Shown here in pieces: positions 1-10,307 of a stretch of DNA of 64,000 nucleotides. Origin of the DNA: Thermodesulfobacteriota bacterium (GTDB lineage: Bacteria; Desulfobacterota; Desulfarculia; JACQYL01). A program made the translations under genes and the position numbers. Where the stretch lies: assembly GCA_963675595.2 (NCBI GenBank), contig CAXXLZ010000001.1, positions 352,001-416,000 of the forward strand. The letters are read 5' to 3'. The notes under the pieces are model-generated. The model made no database searches. It saw only the letters and a program-made list of their open reading frames with translations, and was not told the origin of the DNA. How positions within the stretch are numbered: position 1 is the stretch's first letter; each line of letters starts with the position of its first letter.

Positions 1-356
1 ATCCGGAGTCCGGCCATAATGTGATCTACCATGAATTCGCCCATAAATTGGACATGCTGGACGGCGCGGCGGACGGAACGCCTCCCATCAAGGATCGGGA
101 GGAGTTTCGTGAATGGGTCGAGGTCTGTTCCCGCGAATACCTGCGCCTCAAGCGTGACACCGGAAAGGGCGGGAAGTCCTTTCTGGACGCCTACGGAGCC
201 ACCAACGAAGCGGAGTTTTTCGCCGTGGCCACCGAGCAATTCTTCAACCAGCCCCAACTCATGGTGAAACACGCACCGGACCTCTACCACGTTTTGCGGG
301 ATTATTACCGCCAGGACCCCTACGAACGCATGTCCCGGAACAAGCACGCCAAATAG
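1..356 (+). CDS. M90/MtfA-family zinc-dependent peptidase, C-terminal part (5' end outside window)
   Basis: HEFAHKLD (HExxH) and YGATNEAEFFAVATE motifs typical of MtfA; stop TAG at 354-356. Confidence 0.85.
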   Translation, partial: PESGHNVIYHEFAHKLDMLDGAADGTPPIKDREEFREWVEVCSREYLRLKRDTGKGGKSFLDAYGATNEAEFFAVATEQFFNQPQLMVKHAPDLYHVLRDYYRQDPYERMSRNKHAK

Positions 357-360
357 AGCA

Positions 361-394
361 TCCGGGGAAACCCTTTGGAAAGGGTTTCCCCGGA
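361..394. repeat. REP-like palindrome forming the left flank of the IS110 target site
   Basis: TCCGGGGAAACCCTTT-GG-AAAGGGTTTCCCCGGA, perfect inverted repeat; related hairpins near 2135-2162 and 6593-6628. Confidence 0.85.
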
Positions 395-401
395 CCCCTT
401 G

Positions 402-407
402 TATATT
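402..407 (+). promoter_or_regulatory. -10 box (TATATT) of the IS110 circle-junction promoter
   Basis: Joining right end to left end gives TTGACA-AAGAACACAGTTGCTTG (17 nt)-TATATT. Confidence 0.75.
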
Positions 408-410
408 TAG

Positions 411-1574
<1,164 letters not shown>

Positions 1575-1713
1575 CCGGTTTATGTATCACATCGGTTAAC
1601 CGATGCTGCCGTGGTCTGCTGTGGCGCGGTGCTTGCGCGCGGCAGCCCCACGCGTGCCGCGCCTAGCAAGCGCCGTGTTACAGCTTCATAGGAATCAGTG
1701 ACAAACAACTCAG

Positions 1714-1719
1714 TTGACA
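1714..1719 (+). promoter_or_regulatory. -35 box (TTGACA) in IS110 right end
   Basis: Perfect TTGACA 13 nt upstream of the right CTT core. Confidence 0.75.
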
Positions 1720-2104
1720 AAGAACACAGTTGCTTCCCAAACTGTTTGAGCGGGTTGCTCGCTTGCGCTTCGCAACCGGGATCAGGGGCTCTCCATGCAT
1801 AAGTTTCCGGGTGCGCAATCATCGGATTATTGATCAAACCGATGCACCTTACGGATGTCCGGAGCCCGCATCAAGGGAGTCCGGGGTGATGTCGTTCCCC
1901 CGCGGAATCGATAGAGAAGTCCCCCCCCGTGAAGGATTGCCAATATCTTTGAGTGTGGCCGCACCGCCTGCGGCGAAGCGGCGGGGCGAAAGTCGGTCGA
2001 GACAAGGAATTCCCGGACCTTGGACCTTCACGCGGGACGGACACCGTAGTGCCTGCCCCTATTAACGTCGGGATTCTATCGTTCCCGAATTCATTTTGCC
2101 GAGA

Positions 2105-2162
2105 GCCTCTCCGCCGAAGGCGGTGAGGCGTTTTCGGAAAGCTTTGGGAAGGTTTCCCCGGA
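2105..2162. repeat. REP-like hairpins downstream of lysE-type gene
   Basis: GCCTCTCCGCC-GAA-GGCGGTGAGGC hairpin plus degenerate GGAAAGCTTTGGGAAGGTTTCCCCGGA related to 361-394. Confidence 0.55.
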
Positions 2163-2167
2163 TGTGT

Positions 2168-2812
2168 CTAAAACCCTTCCGCTTTTAGAACGCCCAGCAG
2201 CGTGAGGCCGTCTTTGAGGAACAGAACGGCGAACACGAGCAGGGCCAAGCCGAGGGCCTTCATGGTCAGGGCATAGGCTTTGCTTCTCAAGAAATGACCG
2301 AACCGTCCCACCATCCATGCCACGCCTATTTTGGATCCGATAATGAGAACGTAGAATCCGGCGAGAAAAGACGCGGGTCCCGGTATTCCCTGTTGCGCGC
2401 CTTTGATGATGGTCGGCGCTCCCACGGAAATCCAGAACAGGTAGGGATGAGGATTGAGGAAATTGGTGATGATCCCTTTCTTTAGGGAGGAGGGTCGTTC
2501 TTCCTCTTCATCCGGGTCGGGGCTCGTGATGCGCAAACATTCATAACCCAGGTAGGAGAGATAGGCGGCGCCGGCCAGGGAAACGGCTCCGAGGATTGCG
2601 TCGTAGGCGGTAAGCTTGGCCAGGAGCAAAACGGAAAGAAGGATGATGGGAAGGTCCGTGAGCGCGGGGGCGACGGCTACCTTGATTCCTTCACGCACGC
2701 TTCTTCGCAAGGTTTCCGCGATCACGAGGGTCAGCAGGGGGCCCGGAGCAATGCCGGCGCAAAGGCCGAACACGGTTCCGGAAATGAGATAGGAAGAGGT
2801 CGATTCCAGCAT
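2168..2812 (-). CDS. LysE/RhtB-family translocator
   Basis: APGP motif, hydrophobic helices, NFLNPHPYLFW motif. Confidence 0.9.
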   Translation of the reverse strand: MLESTSSYLISGTVFGLCAGIAPGPLLTLVIAETLRRSVREGIKVAVAPALTDLPIILLSVLLLAKLTAYDAILGAVSLAGAAYLSYLGYECLRITSPDPDEEEERPSSLKKGIITNFLNPHPYLFWISVGAPTIIKGAQQGIPGPASFLAGFYVLIIGSKIGVAWMVGRFGHFLRSKAYALTMKALGLALLVFAVLFLKDGLTLLGVLKAEGF

Positions 2813-3105
2813 GGGGTCACTTGTTATTTTTGATGTTCGGGCAAGGTTTCACCGGGCACAATTCTTTCAGAAGGTCTCCTCGCATGTCCCATGAAAGGGT
2901 GCGAAAAATTCCGTTGGTTTGGTTTTGCAGGAATACTCGTTCATCCCGCCAAAGGCAAACGGATAAGCTGCGGATCGCGTTTTTTCCAAGGCCTGCTGCG
3001 TCGGCGATTATTTAAGAATCTTAACGTCGGAATGGCGGGGAACGGCTTGATCTTTGCCACGTTTCGCAGCATGCTTTTTGCGATTTCTGTTTTGTGAGAG
3101 GCACT

Positions 3106-4816
3106 ATGCATCACCCCCACCGATGGATAATTTTTGGGATCATCTGTTTTCTGCAGGCGGTTGCCGTGCCGATGTTCGCAACCCTCGCAGTGCAGGCCCA
3201 AGAACATTCGTTTTCGTTGACGGAGGAAGAGAGACTATGGTTGGCTGAAAACGGCACCATCCGGCTCGGCGTGGGAGTGGCGTTCCCGCCCTTCATGTGG
3301 GTGGAAAGGGATAAAAAAGGGACGGCCCGTTTTCAAAGGTATGGTATCGGACTATGTGGAATTGCTCCGGAAGAAACTCGGAGTGGACCTGAAAATCGTG
3401 TTCGATATTCCTTTTGATGAAGCTTTGGCCCGGGGGCGTGAAGGTCGGATCGACCTGTTTCCCTGCCTGTCCAAGACCCCCGAGCGTTCGGAGTTTCTCC
3501 TGTTCACCAAACCTTATTTTTCTTATCCTTTGGTGATTGTAGCCCGCGAAGACGCTCCTCTGGTTGGAGGATTGGAGGACCTGAGGGGAAAACGCTTCGC
3601 CGTGGTCAAGCATCTGTTCGCGTACGGCAAATTGCTGAAGGACTATCCCGACCTCAACCTCGATTTCGTGTTCACCAACAAAGTGGAGGAAAATCTCGAG
3701 GCCGTGTCTCTGGGACGGGCTGATGCGTGCGTCATCAATTTGGCCGTTGCCGGCTATTACATCCGGCGGAAAGGACTGACCAACCTGAGCGTTGCCGCCC
3801 CGGTGCACTGGGAGGAATCTCAATATTGCATGGGGGTGCGTAAGGACCGGCCCATCCTGCTGGGGATGATCTCCAGAATATTGGCGTCCGTTTCCCAGGA
3901 GCAGAAAGATGAAATCAGCCGGCGTTGGATTCGCGTTCCTCAATATCTTGGAGTGGACGCGAGGCTGATTCGGCGGTGGGCTCTGGGAATCGGCACGGGA
4001 GTCGTCTTTCTGTTCGTGGTGTTCTTCGTCTGGAATCGTAGGCTCACCAAGGAGGTCACCGCCAGGAAAGAGGCTGAAACGGCGAGCGAAACCCGGGCGA
4101 GGCACCAAGCCGCCGTCGCCCATCTGGGTCAGGTAGCCCTGGATGAGACGGACCTCTCCAAACTGATGAGGGAAGCGGTGGATTTGACGGCCCAAACCAT
4201 GCAAGTCGACACCGTGGGAATCCTGAAACTGCTTCCAACCGGGAAAGAGCTGCAGCTTGTGGCGGGCGTCGGGTGGAGCGATGATCTCATGGGTAAAGCG
4301 TTGGTCAGCGCCGACCGGGGATCACAAGCGGGATATACGTTGATTGCCGGAAAACCGGTGATTGTTGAAGACCTGAACTCGGAAACCCGGTTCAACCGAC
4401 CCAAGCTTCTCTCCGATCGTGGGATGGTCAGCGGCGTCAGCGTCGCCGTCGGCGAACGGAATCGGCCATTCGGGGTCATGGGTGCTCATACCGCGTACCG
4501 TCGCGATTTTTCGGAACATGACGTCAATTTCCTGCAGAGTGTCGCTCACGTGCTGGCTGCGGCGATTGAACGGAACCGAACGGAAAAGGAACGCGATAAC
4601 CTGATCGAGGAACTTCGCACCGCCCTGGACGAAGTCAAGACCCTGAGGGGCCTGATCCCCATTTGCGTACACTGCAAGAGCATTCGGGACGATGCGGGTT
4701 ACTGGAATAAAATCGAGGAATACCTGCTGGACCATTCGGACGCTCAATTCACCCACGGCATCTGCCCTGAATGCGCCAGAAAGCTGTACCCGGAATTCTA
4801 TCCCCACAACGTTTGA
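3106..4816 (+). pseudogene. Periplasmic PBPb (SBP_bac_3) - TM - GAF sensor with C-terminal Cys/His domain; split by a +1 frameshift near 3313-3321
   Basis: Signal peptide + LTEEERLWL...FPPF in one frame continues as GRPVFKGMVSDY in the next; GAF region; C-terminal LIPICVHCKSIRDD...HGICPEC. Could equally be a sequencing indel. Confidence 0.75.
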
Positions 4817-4969
4817 GCGCGCAGCAAGGGATTCAACTAAAGCTTCTCAAATATGCCTCATCGCTTTGGGCGGAGAGGCGGGAAGCAAGTCCTTGCTTGG
4901 GCGGCGAAGTCCCTCCCCCAATCAAAGCCGACTCGCCGCAAGCTCGTTAATGCCGGCGGGAATCAAACT

Positions 4970-6457
4970 TCAGGGTTGCGATGCATCGAACTTCCGTAAG
5001 GTTTCTTCTCCCGGTTTGGCGGTCATCCAACTGACCAGTACGACGGCTGAGAAGGCCGAAACGAAGCCCGGCAGCAGTTCGTAGAAATACTCCCCTTCAA
5101 TCTTGATATAGTTCTTCACCACAAAGATCGTGGCCGCGCCCACGACCATTCCGGCAAAGGCCCCCCATTTGGTGGTGTTTCTCGACGTCAACGATAGAAT
5201 GATCAAAGGCCCGAATGCGGCGCCGAATCCGCCCCAGGCGTATCCCACCATGGCCAGGATCGTGCTTCCGCTGCCGGATGCGATGAAGAAGGCGATCACC
5301 GCAAATCCCACCACACCGAATCTACTGATCCAGGCCTTCCGTGCGGCGTCGAATTTGCCGAAGAAAGGCAGGTCTTCCGTGAGCACGGAAGTCAGCACCA
5401 AGAGCTGTGAATCCGCCGTAGACATGACCGCGGCCAATACCGCGGCCAGCACGAAGCCCGAAAACACCGGATGAAACAAGGCGCTCACCAGGGCCAAGAA
5501 GACCTTTTCCTTGTTGCCGTCCGGGCCGGTTACACCGGGCAGGGGCGCGATTTCCGAGTAGCCGATTCCGGCGATCCCGATGGAAACGGACAGGATCAGG
5601 CAGAGCGTCATCCAAATCATGCCGACTCGCCTGGCCTTGGGCACTTCTTCCACGCGACTGATTCCGAAAAAACGGGCCAGTATGTGAGGTTGACCGAAAT
5701 ACCCGAATCCCCAAGCCATCAGCGAGGCTCCCGTGAGCAGGCTAGTTCGGATATCGAAGGCTTTGGGGTTTGCATCCGTAATGTGAATTCCCGATCCGGA
5801 TAAGGCGGCGAACGTCAGAATGGCGCAAAAGGCCAATGCGCTCAGCATGAGCAGCCCCTGTATCAAATCCGTCCAGCAAACGGCCAAATATCCGCCCAGG
5901 AAGGTGTAGGACACAACGACCACCGATGTAACGATCAAGGCCGTTTGTTCGGACGCTCCGAAGGTGTGCGCGAAAAGCAGGGTCCCGCCTTTGATGCCGG
6001 AAGCGACGTACAGCGTGAAAAAGATTAGGATCACCACGGAGGATACGATTTTGAGCAGGCCCGAATCGTCGTCGAAACGGTTGGATAAGTAGGTGGGCAG
6101 AGTGGCGGCGTGGAGCTTTTCGCTGTAGGCTCTGAGCCTCGGGGCTACGACATACCAATTGGCATAGGCGCCCAGGATCAGTCCAAGGGATATCCAGAAC
6201 CCTTCCACCAGGCCGCCGGCGAAAACGGCCCCGGGCAAACCCAAGAGCAGCCAACTGCTCATGTCCGACGCCCCGGCGCTCACTGCGGAGGTAATGGGAC
6301 CCAGAGAGCGGCTTCCAATGATGAAGTCCTCATTGCTCCGGGTCCTCCTCATGGAATACCAGCCGATACTGATCATGACCAACAAGTAGAGACTGAATTG
6401 TATTGAAATACCCGTCATGCGGCCCGACAGCCCCTTGAAGAAGTTCGATGTCATCAT
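4970..6457 (-). CDS. putP: Sodium/proline symporter (SSS family)
   Basis: SAGASDMSSWLLLGLPG, GYFGQPHILARF, AVMSTADSQLL, WGGFGAAFGP motifs. Confidence 0.92.
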   Translation of the reverse strand: MMTSNFFKGLSGRMTGISIQFSLYLLVMISIGWYSMRRTRSNEDFIIGSRSLGPITSAVSAGASDMSSWLLLGLPGAVFAGGLVEGFWISLGLILGAYANWYVVAPRLRAYSEKLHAATLPTYLSNRFDDDSGLLKIVSSVVILIFFTLYVASGIKGGTLLFAHTFGASEQTALIVTSVVVVSYTFLGGYLAVCWTDLIQGLLMLSALAFCAILTFAALSGSGIHITDANPKAFDIRTSLLTGASLMAWGFGYFGQPHILARFFGISRVEEVPKARRVGMIWMTLCLILSVSIGIAGIGYSEIAPLPGVTGPDGNKEKVFLALVSALFHPVFSGFVLAAVLAAVMSTADSQLLVLTSVLTEDLPFFGKFDAARKAWISRFGVVGFAVIAFFIASGSGSTILAMVGYAWGGFGAAFGPLIILSLTSRNTTKWGAFAGMVVGAATIFVVKNYIKIEGEYFYELLPGFVSAFSAVVLVSWMTAKPGEETLRKFDASQP

Positions 6458-6592
6458 TCACGGGGGGACACTGGAGCCCCTCCGTGTCATCCTCCTCAAA
6501 ACGCTTCGATAGGCTTCACCGCCTTGGACGGAGAGGCATTTTCAGGACGCTTTGAAAAGGTGTGCGGAAATTGTGAGCATTCAGAGGGGTAT

Positions 6593-6628
6593 CCGAGGGA
6601 ACCCTTCTTGAAAAAAGGGTTCCCTCGG
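6593..6628. repeat. REP-like palindrome, same family as 361-394
   Basis: CCGAGGGAACCCTT-CTTGAAAA-AAGGGTTCCCTCGG followed by GCTCCTTC. Confidence 0.7.
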
Positions 6629-7240
6629 GCTCCTTCTTAAAAAAATTAGGTGTTTCAATATGTTGTATGGAAGATGCTGCTCGTTTTGCAGGTCGCATGC
6701 GCGATTCGCAAAACCGCAACAGGGTCCGGGGGGCCATGAGTCCCCCGGCAGGGAGTGCACGGGGACGGCGTTCCCCTGCGGCACACCCTATGAACAGGTG
6801 CCGGAAATCTTGTCGAACGTCACCCCACGTAAGCTAAAGGAAGAGGCCTGCATCCGGTCGGAGCCTTCTTCTTAGGTATTTTGAAAATACTTATCCTATC
6901 AAGAACTTGCAACGCATTTTTCCGGACACGCCCCCTTTGCGAACTTCTTGAGCGGATTGCCGGCTTCCGCGTCACAACCGTCGATCCCGTGAGTATGCGG
7001 CATTTTCAAAGAGTAAGGGAAAGCTATCTTGAAGAATTCTTCTCGTAAATGAACCCAATGTGTACCCGCTCGACCGTAACCCATTGTTGTCTTGTGCATC
7101 GACCTCGCATGGTGTAAGAACGAGGCATTGTCGCCTTTGCCGTCCCGATTCTTCATGATTCTTCCGACCTCACCCGTGAATGCCGTGATATCGGTTTGAA
7201 CGATGACTCCGAATTCCATGGATAACCTGCAATGAGGACT

Positions 7241-8740
7241 ATGATGACTATTAACTGGGAAAAGCTTTTCAAGCCTCGCTCCATTGCCGTTGTCGGAGCT
7301 TCCACCAAAAAGGGACTGAATATCAACATGTTTTTCACTTCTCTGGTTGGGGCCAAGTTTCCGGGGCGGCTCTACCCGGTGAACAGCAAAGCACGAGAGG
7401 TCGAGGGGTACCCGGCGTACCCGTCGGTGAAGGATATCCCCGATCCGGTGGACTACGTTATTATCGCGGTGCCGCGAGACCATGTGATGCAGGTGATTCG
7501 GGACTGCATCGCCAAGGAAGTCCCTGTGGCGCATATTTTCACCGCGGGTTTCGGAGAGACCACCACGCCGGAAGGGGAAAAGCTGAACCGGGAACTCAGG
7601 GAGTTGATCGCGGGGCGCATCCGCCTCATCGGTCCCAACTGCGTGGGGGTGTATTGTCCGGGATCACACATCGCATATATCCCGAGCCAGCCCATTATCG
7701 CCGGGGATATCGGCTTCGTATCACAGTCCGGTGGCCACAACTCCCTGTTCGTGCAGGCGGCCACGTCCCAGGGGCTGTACTTTTCCAAGGCCGTGAGCGT
7801 GGGCAATTCCATGGATCTGGGCGTCAACGATTTCCTTGAGTACCTGGGGGAAGACCCGGACACCGGCATCATCGGAGTTTATGTGGAAGGCATGCGAGAG
7901 GGCCAGGGACGGCGTTTCCTCGATCTGGTGCGGACCATCTCCCCGAAAAAGCCGGTAATGCTCATGAAGGCGGGCAGGGGAGAAGCCGGCGCACGTGCCG
8001 CCGCCGGACACACCGGGTCCATTGCGGGAACCTATTCCCTCTGGGAATATGTGGCCGTCCAGGCCAATGCGGTGCTTGTGGACGACTACACGGAGATGGC
8101 GGATTTTGTTTGGGCTTACAGAAACATCCCCCGCCTTGCGGGCCTCAGGACGGGTGCCGTGGCCGGGGGCGGAGGCAATTCCGTATGGAGCGGGGACATG
8201 CTTTCGTCGTTGGGCCTCACGCTGCCGCCGTTAAGTCCGGAAACGCAACGAAAGATTCTGTCCATTACCGACGCGGTGGGCACCATTGCCCGAAACCCCG
8301 TGGACCCCAATTTTTCCATGTTCGACCCGGAAGCTCAGTACGGCGTGTTCACCACCTTGGACGCCCAACCGGATATCGATTTCCTGGTCAACGTGACCGT
8401 ATTCGATCTGTTCTACCACGCCACCGTGGCTTCCGGCATGCTGACCGCCGAACAGGCCGCGGAGGAGGTCGTATTGCGCCTCGCCACCGTCCGCCAAAGG
8501 GTGAACAAACCTTTTGTGACTGTGATCATTCAAGTGTCCGAGAACGCGGAGATGACGGCCATCATAAACCGGATCAAACGGAAAGCTCGGAGCAGCGGAG
8601 TGCCCTGCTACTCCGATTTCAGACGAATGGCCGGGACCATGGTGCGGCTGTATAAGTATCTCCAGCGGCGGGACGCTGTGGATGAGAACACGGGATTGCC
8701 GCGGGACTCGGCCGGGAATGCCGCCCACGGAGCATGCTGA
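7241..8740 (+). CDS. Acyl-CoA synthetase (NDP-forming), alpha-type CoA-binding subunit
   Basis: FKPRSIAVVGAS, GPNCVG, SQSGG, AAAGHTGSIAG (phospho-His) and NPVD motifs; no ATP-grasp domain. Confidence 0.88.
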   Translation: MMTINWEKLFKPRSIAVVGASTKKGLNINMFFTSLVGAKFPGRLYPVNSKAREVEGYPAYPSVKDIPDPVDYVIIAVPRDHVMQVIRDCIAKEVPVAHIFTAGFGETTTPEGEKLNRELRELIAGRIRLIGPNCVGVYCPGSHIAYIPSQPIIAGDIGFVSQSGGHNSLFVQAATSQGLYFSKAVSVGNSMDLGVNDFLEYLGEDPDTGIIGVYVEGMREGQGRRFLDLVRTISPKKPVMLMKAGRGEAGARAAAGHTGSIAGTYSLWEYVAVQANAVLVDDYTEMADFVWAYRNIPRLAGLRTGAVAGGGGNSVWSGDMLSSLGLTLPPLSPETQRKILSITDAVGTIARNPVDPNFSMFDPEAQYGVFTTLDAQPDIDFLVNVTVFDLFYHATVASGMLTAEQAAEEVVLRLATVRQRVNKPFVTVIIQVSENAEMTAIINRIKRKARSSGVPCYSDFRRMAGTMVRLYKYLQRRDAVDENTGLPRDSAGNAAHGAC

Positions 8741-8775
8741 GTCAGGGCAACCAGCGGGGGAATTTTTGCACAATA

Positions 8776-8804
8776 CTCGTTCCCAAGTTGCACTTGGGAG
8801 CGAG
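8776..8804. repeat. REP element 1 (RAYT-associated type)
   Basis: CTCGTTCCCAAGT-TGC-ACTTGGGAGCGAG imperfect palindrome; copies at 9652 and 10283. Confidence 0.8.
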
Positions 8805-8962
8805 AGCGACCTTTCTGGAAGGTTGGAGCTGAGTTATAATGCTGCGTGTTGAAGCCGCCGGAGTGCTTCTTCCCAACCCGGGAAGCGCGTGGTTTCAGGC
8901 AGGGAAACGCGATTTCGGGATGGTACTTTCAATTGATTAATCTGTTTTGGACGGAGGGTTGT

Positions 8963-9199
8963 ATGGAATTACTGAAAAGGATTACCTTCGACCCTGAAAT
9001 AATGGGAGGAAAACCTTGTATCCGCGGCATGCGCGTAACCGTTGGGATGATCGTTGGTCTTGTAGCTTCAGATCATAGCAGGAAAGACATCCTGGAAATG
9101 TACCCTTACTTGGAAAGCGAAGACATCGATGAGGCGCTTCGGTATGCCGCTTGGCGAGTTGAAGAGATTGAAGTTCCCGTCAAGACGGAAGTGGCATGA
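8963..9199 (+). CDS. DUF433 antitoxin (VapB45-like)
   Basis: RITFDPEIMGGKPCIRGMRVTV...YPYLESEDI..ALRYAA; overlaps toxin start (ATGA). Confidence 0.9.
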   Translation: MELLKRITFDPEIMGGKPCIRGMRVTVGMIVGLVASDHSRKDILEMYPYLESEDIDEALRYAAWRVEEIEVPVKTEVA

Positions 9200-9570
9200 A
9201 GATCGTGGTAGATATGAATTTGTCTCCCCAGTGGGCTGAAGTCCTTAAGGAGGAAGGTCACCGGTGTTTTCATTGGTCGGAGATCGGTCTTCCAGATGCA
9301 CCCGATCGTGAAATCCTATTTTGGGCTCGATCCAACGGATTCGTGGTGTTTACACACGATCTTGATTTCGGCGCAATCCCGGCCGCCACCAAGGCCGATT
9401 CTCCAAGCGTATTGCAGTTGCGAGCCCAAGACATTTCACCGAAGCGCATCGGCGCATTGGTAGTATCAGCACTTCGACAATTTGGAGATATTCTGGACCA
9501 AGGGGCATTGATAAGTCTCGATGCAAGGGGAGCCAGGGCTCGCATCCTGCCTCTTTCACACGGGAAATAG
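9196..9570 (+). CDS. DUF5615 PIN-like toxin (VapC45-like)
   Basis: MKIVVDMNLSP, APDREI and VFTHDLDFG acidic PIN motifs. Confidence 0.88.
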   Translation: MKIVVDMNLSPQWAEVLKEEGHRCFHWSEIGLPDAPDREILFWARSNGFVVFTHDLDFGAIPAATKADSPSVLQLRAQDISPKRIGALVVSALRQFGDILDQGALISLDARGARARILPLSHGK

Positions 9571-9596
9571 AACATCGTGCATTCAACTACCGATTG

Positions 9597-9648
9597 CGGG
9601 CGTCGTGGCCGGGGCGGCGGCAATGTCGTGTGGAGCGGTGATATGCTT
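9597..9648 (+). pseudogene. Short relic of a paralogous acyl-CoA synthetase gene
   Basis: 44/53 identical to 8151-8203 with one gap; most substitutions at third codon positions. Confidence 0.65.
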
Positions 9649-9651
9649 ATA

Positions 9652-9681
9652 CTCGTTCCCATTTTGCATTTGGGAACGTAG
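9652..9681. repeat. REP element 2
   Basis: CTCGTTCCCATTTTGCATTTGGGAACGTAG, degenerate copy of REP1 just upstream of the RAYT. Confidence 0.75.
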
Positions 9682-9712
9682 CTTGTTCATATCTGCGCTT
9701 TGAAACATCATC

Positions 9713-10246
9713 ATGCGAACCCGCTACAAAATTATAGATATAGGAGCGCCTCATTTTATAACGTCCACTGTGGTGGGATGGCTAACTGTATTCACCCGAC
9801 GGAAGTACCTGGACATCGTAACCGACTTTCTCAGTTTCTGCCGACAACAAAAAGGTTTGCTTCTTCATGCGTATGTCATACTCGACAATCATCTCCATAT
9901 GATAGTCTCATCCGACAGCCTATCGGAAGTGATTCGAGATTTTAAGAGACACACCGCGAGAGAAATCATTGCAGCCGCTCGGTTGGACAACAAACTGTGG
10001 CTCCTGGAACGGTTTGAATCTTTGAAACGCGCTCATAAAGACTCCAGCAGGGACCAAGTTTGGCAAGAGGGAGGTTCACCCTTAAACGATTACAACGGAG
10101 GATATGCTGCGGCAGGAACTGGATTATATTCACTATAATCCTGTGAAGCTTGGATTTGTGGAACGTACCGAATATTGGCGCTATCCAGCGCAGGAGATTA
10201 CCTGGGAAAGACGAGGATTTTGGCGATTGGTTTGATTGAATGGTGA
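9713..10246 (+). pseudogene. REP-associated tyrosine transposase (RAYT/Y1 HUH), disrupted
   Basis: HFITST, AYVILDNHLH (HUH), VWQEG; frameshift ~10073; TAA at 10083-10085; then DYIHYNPVKLG...WRY; second shift ~10184 to SSAGDY. Confidence 0.85.
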
Positions 10247-10282
10247 AGCAGGACGAGGATACGCTCATCCGGCCGCTACACG

Positions 10283-10307
10283 CGTTCCCAAGTTGCACTT
10301 GGGAACG
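10283..10307. repeat. REP element 3
   Basis: CGTTCCCAAGT-TGC-ACTTGGGAACG with perfect arms, followed by AGAGCGA as in REP1. Confidence 0.8.

Noticed and set aside
6770-7048. Protein-like text (GTPYEQ... / LLLRYFENTYP... / CELLERIAGF...) suggesting a gene remnant
   Set aside because: Needs two frameshifts and I cannot assign a family
8776-10307. Three palindromic repeats as a CRISPR array or attC sites
   Set aside because: Spacing is 600-900 nt with genes between, there are no cas genes or integron integrase, and the adjacent RAYT explains them as REPs
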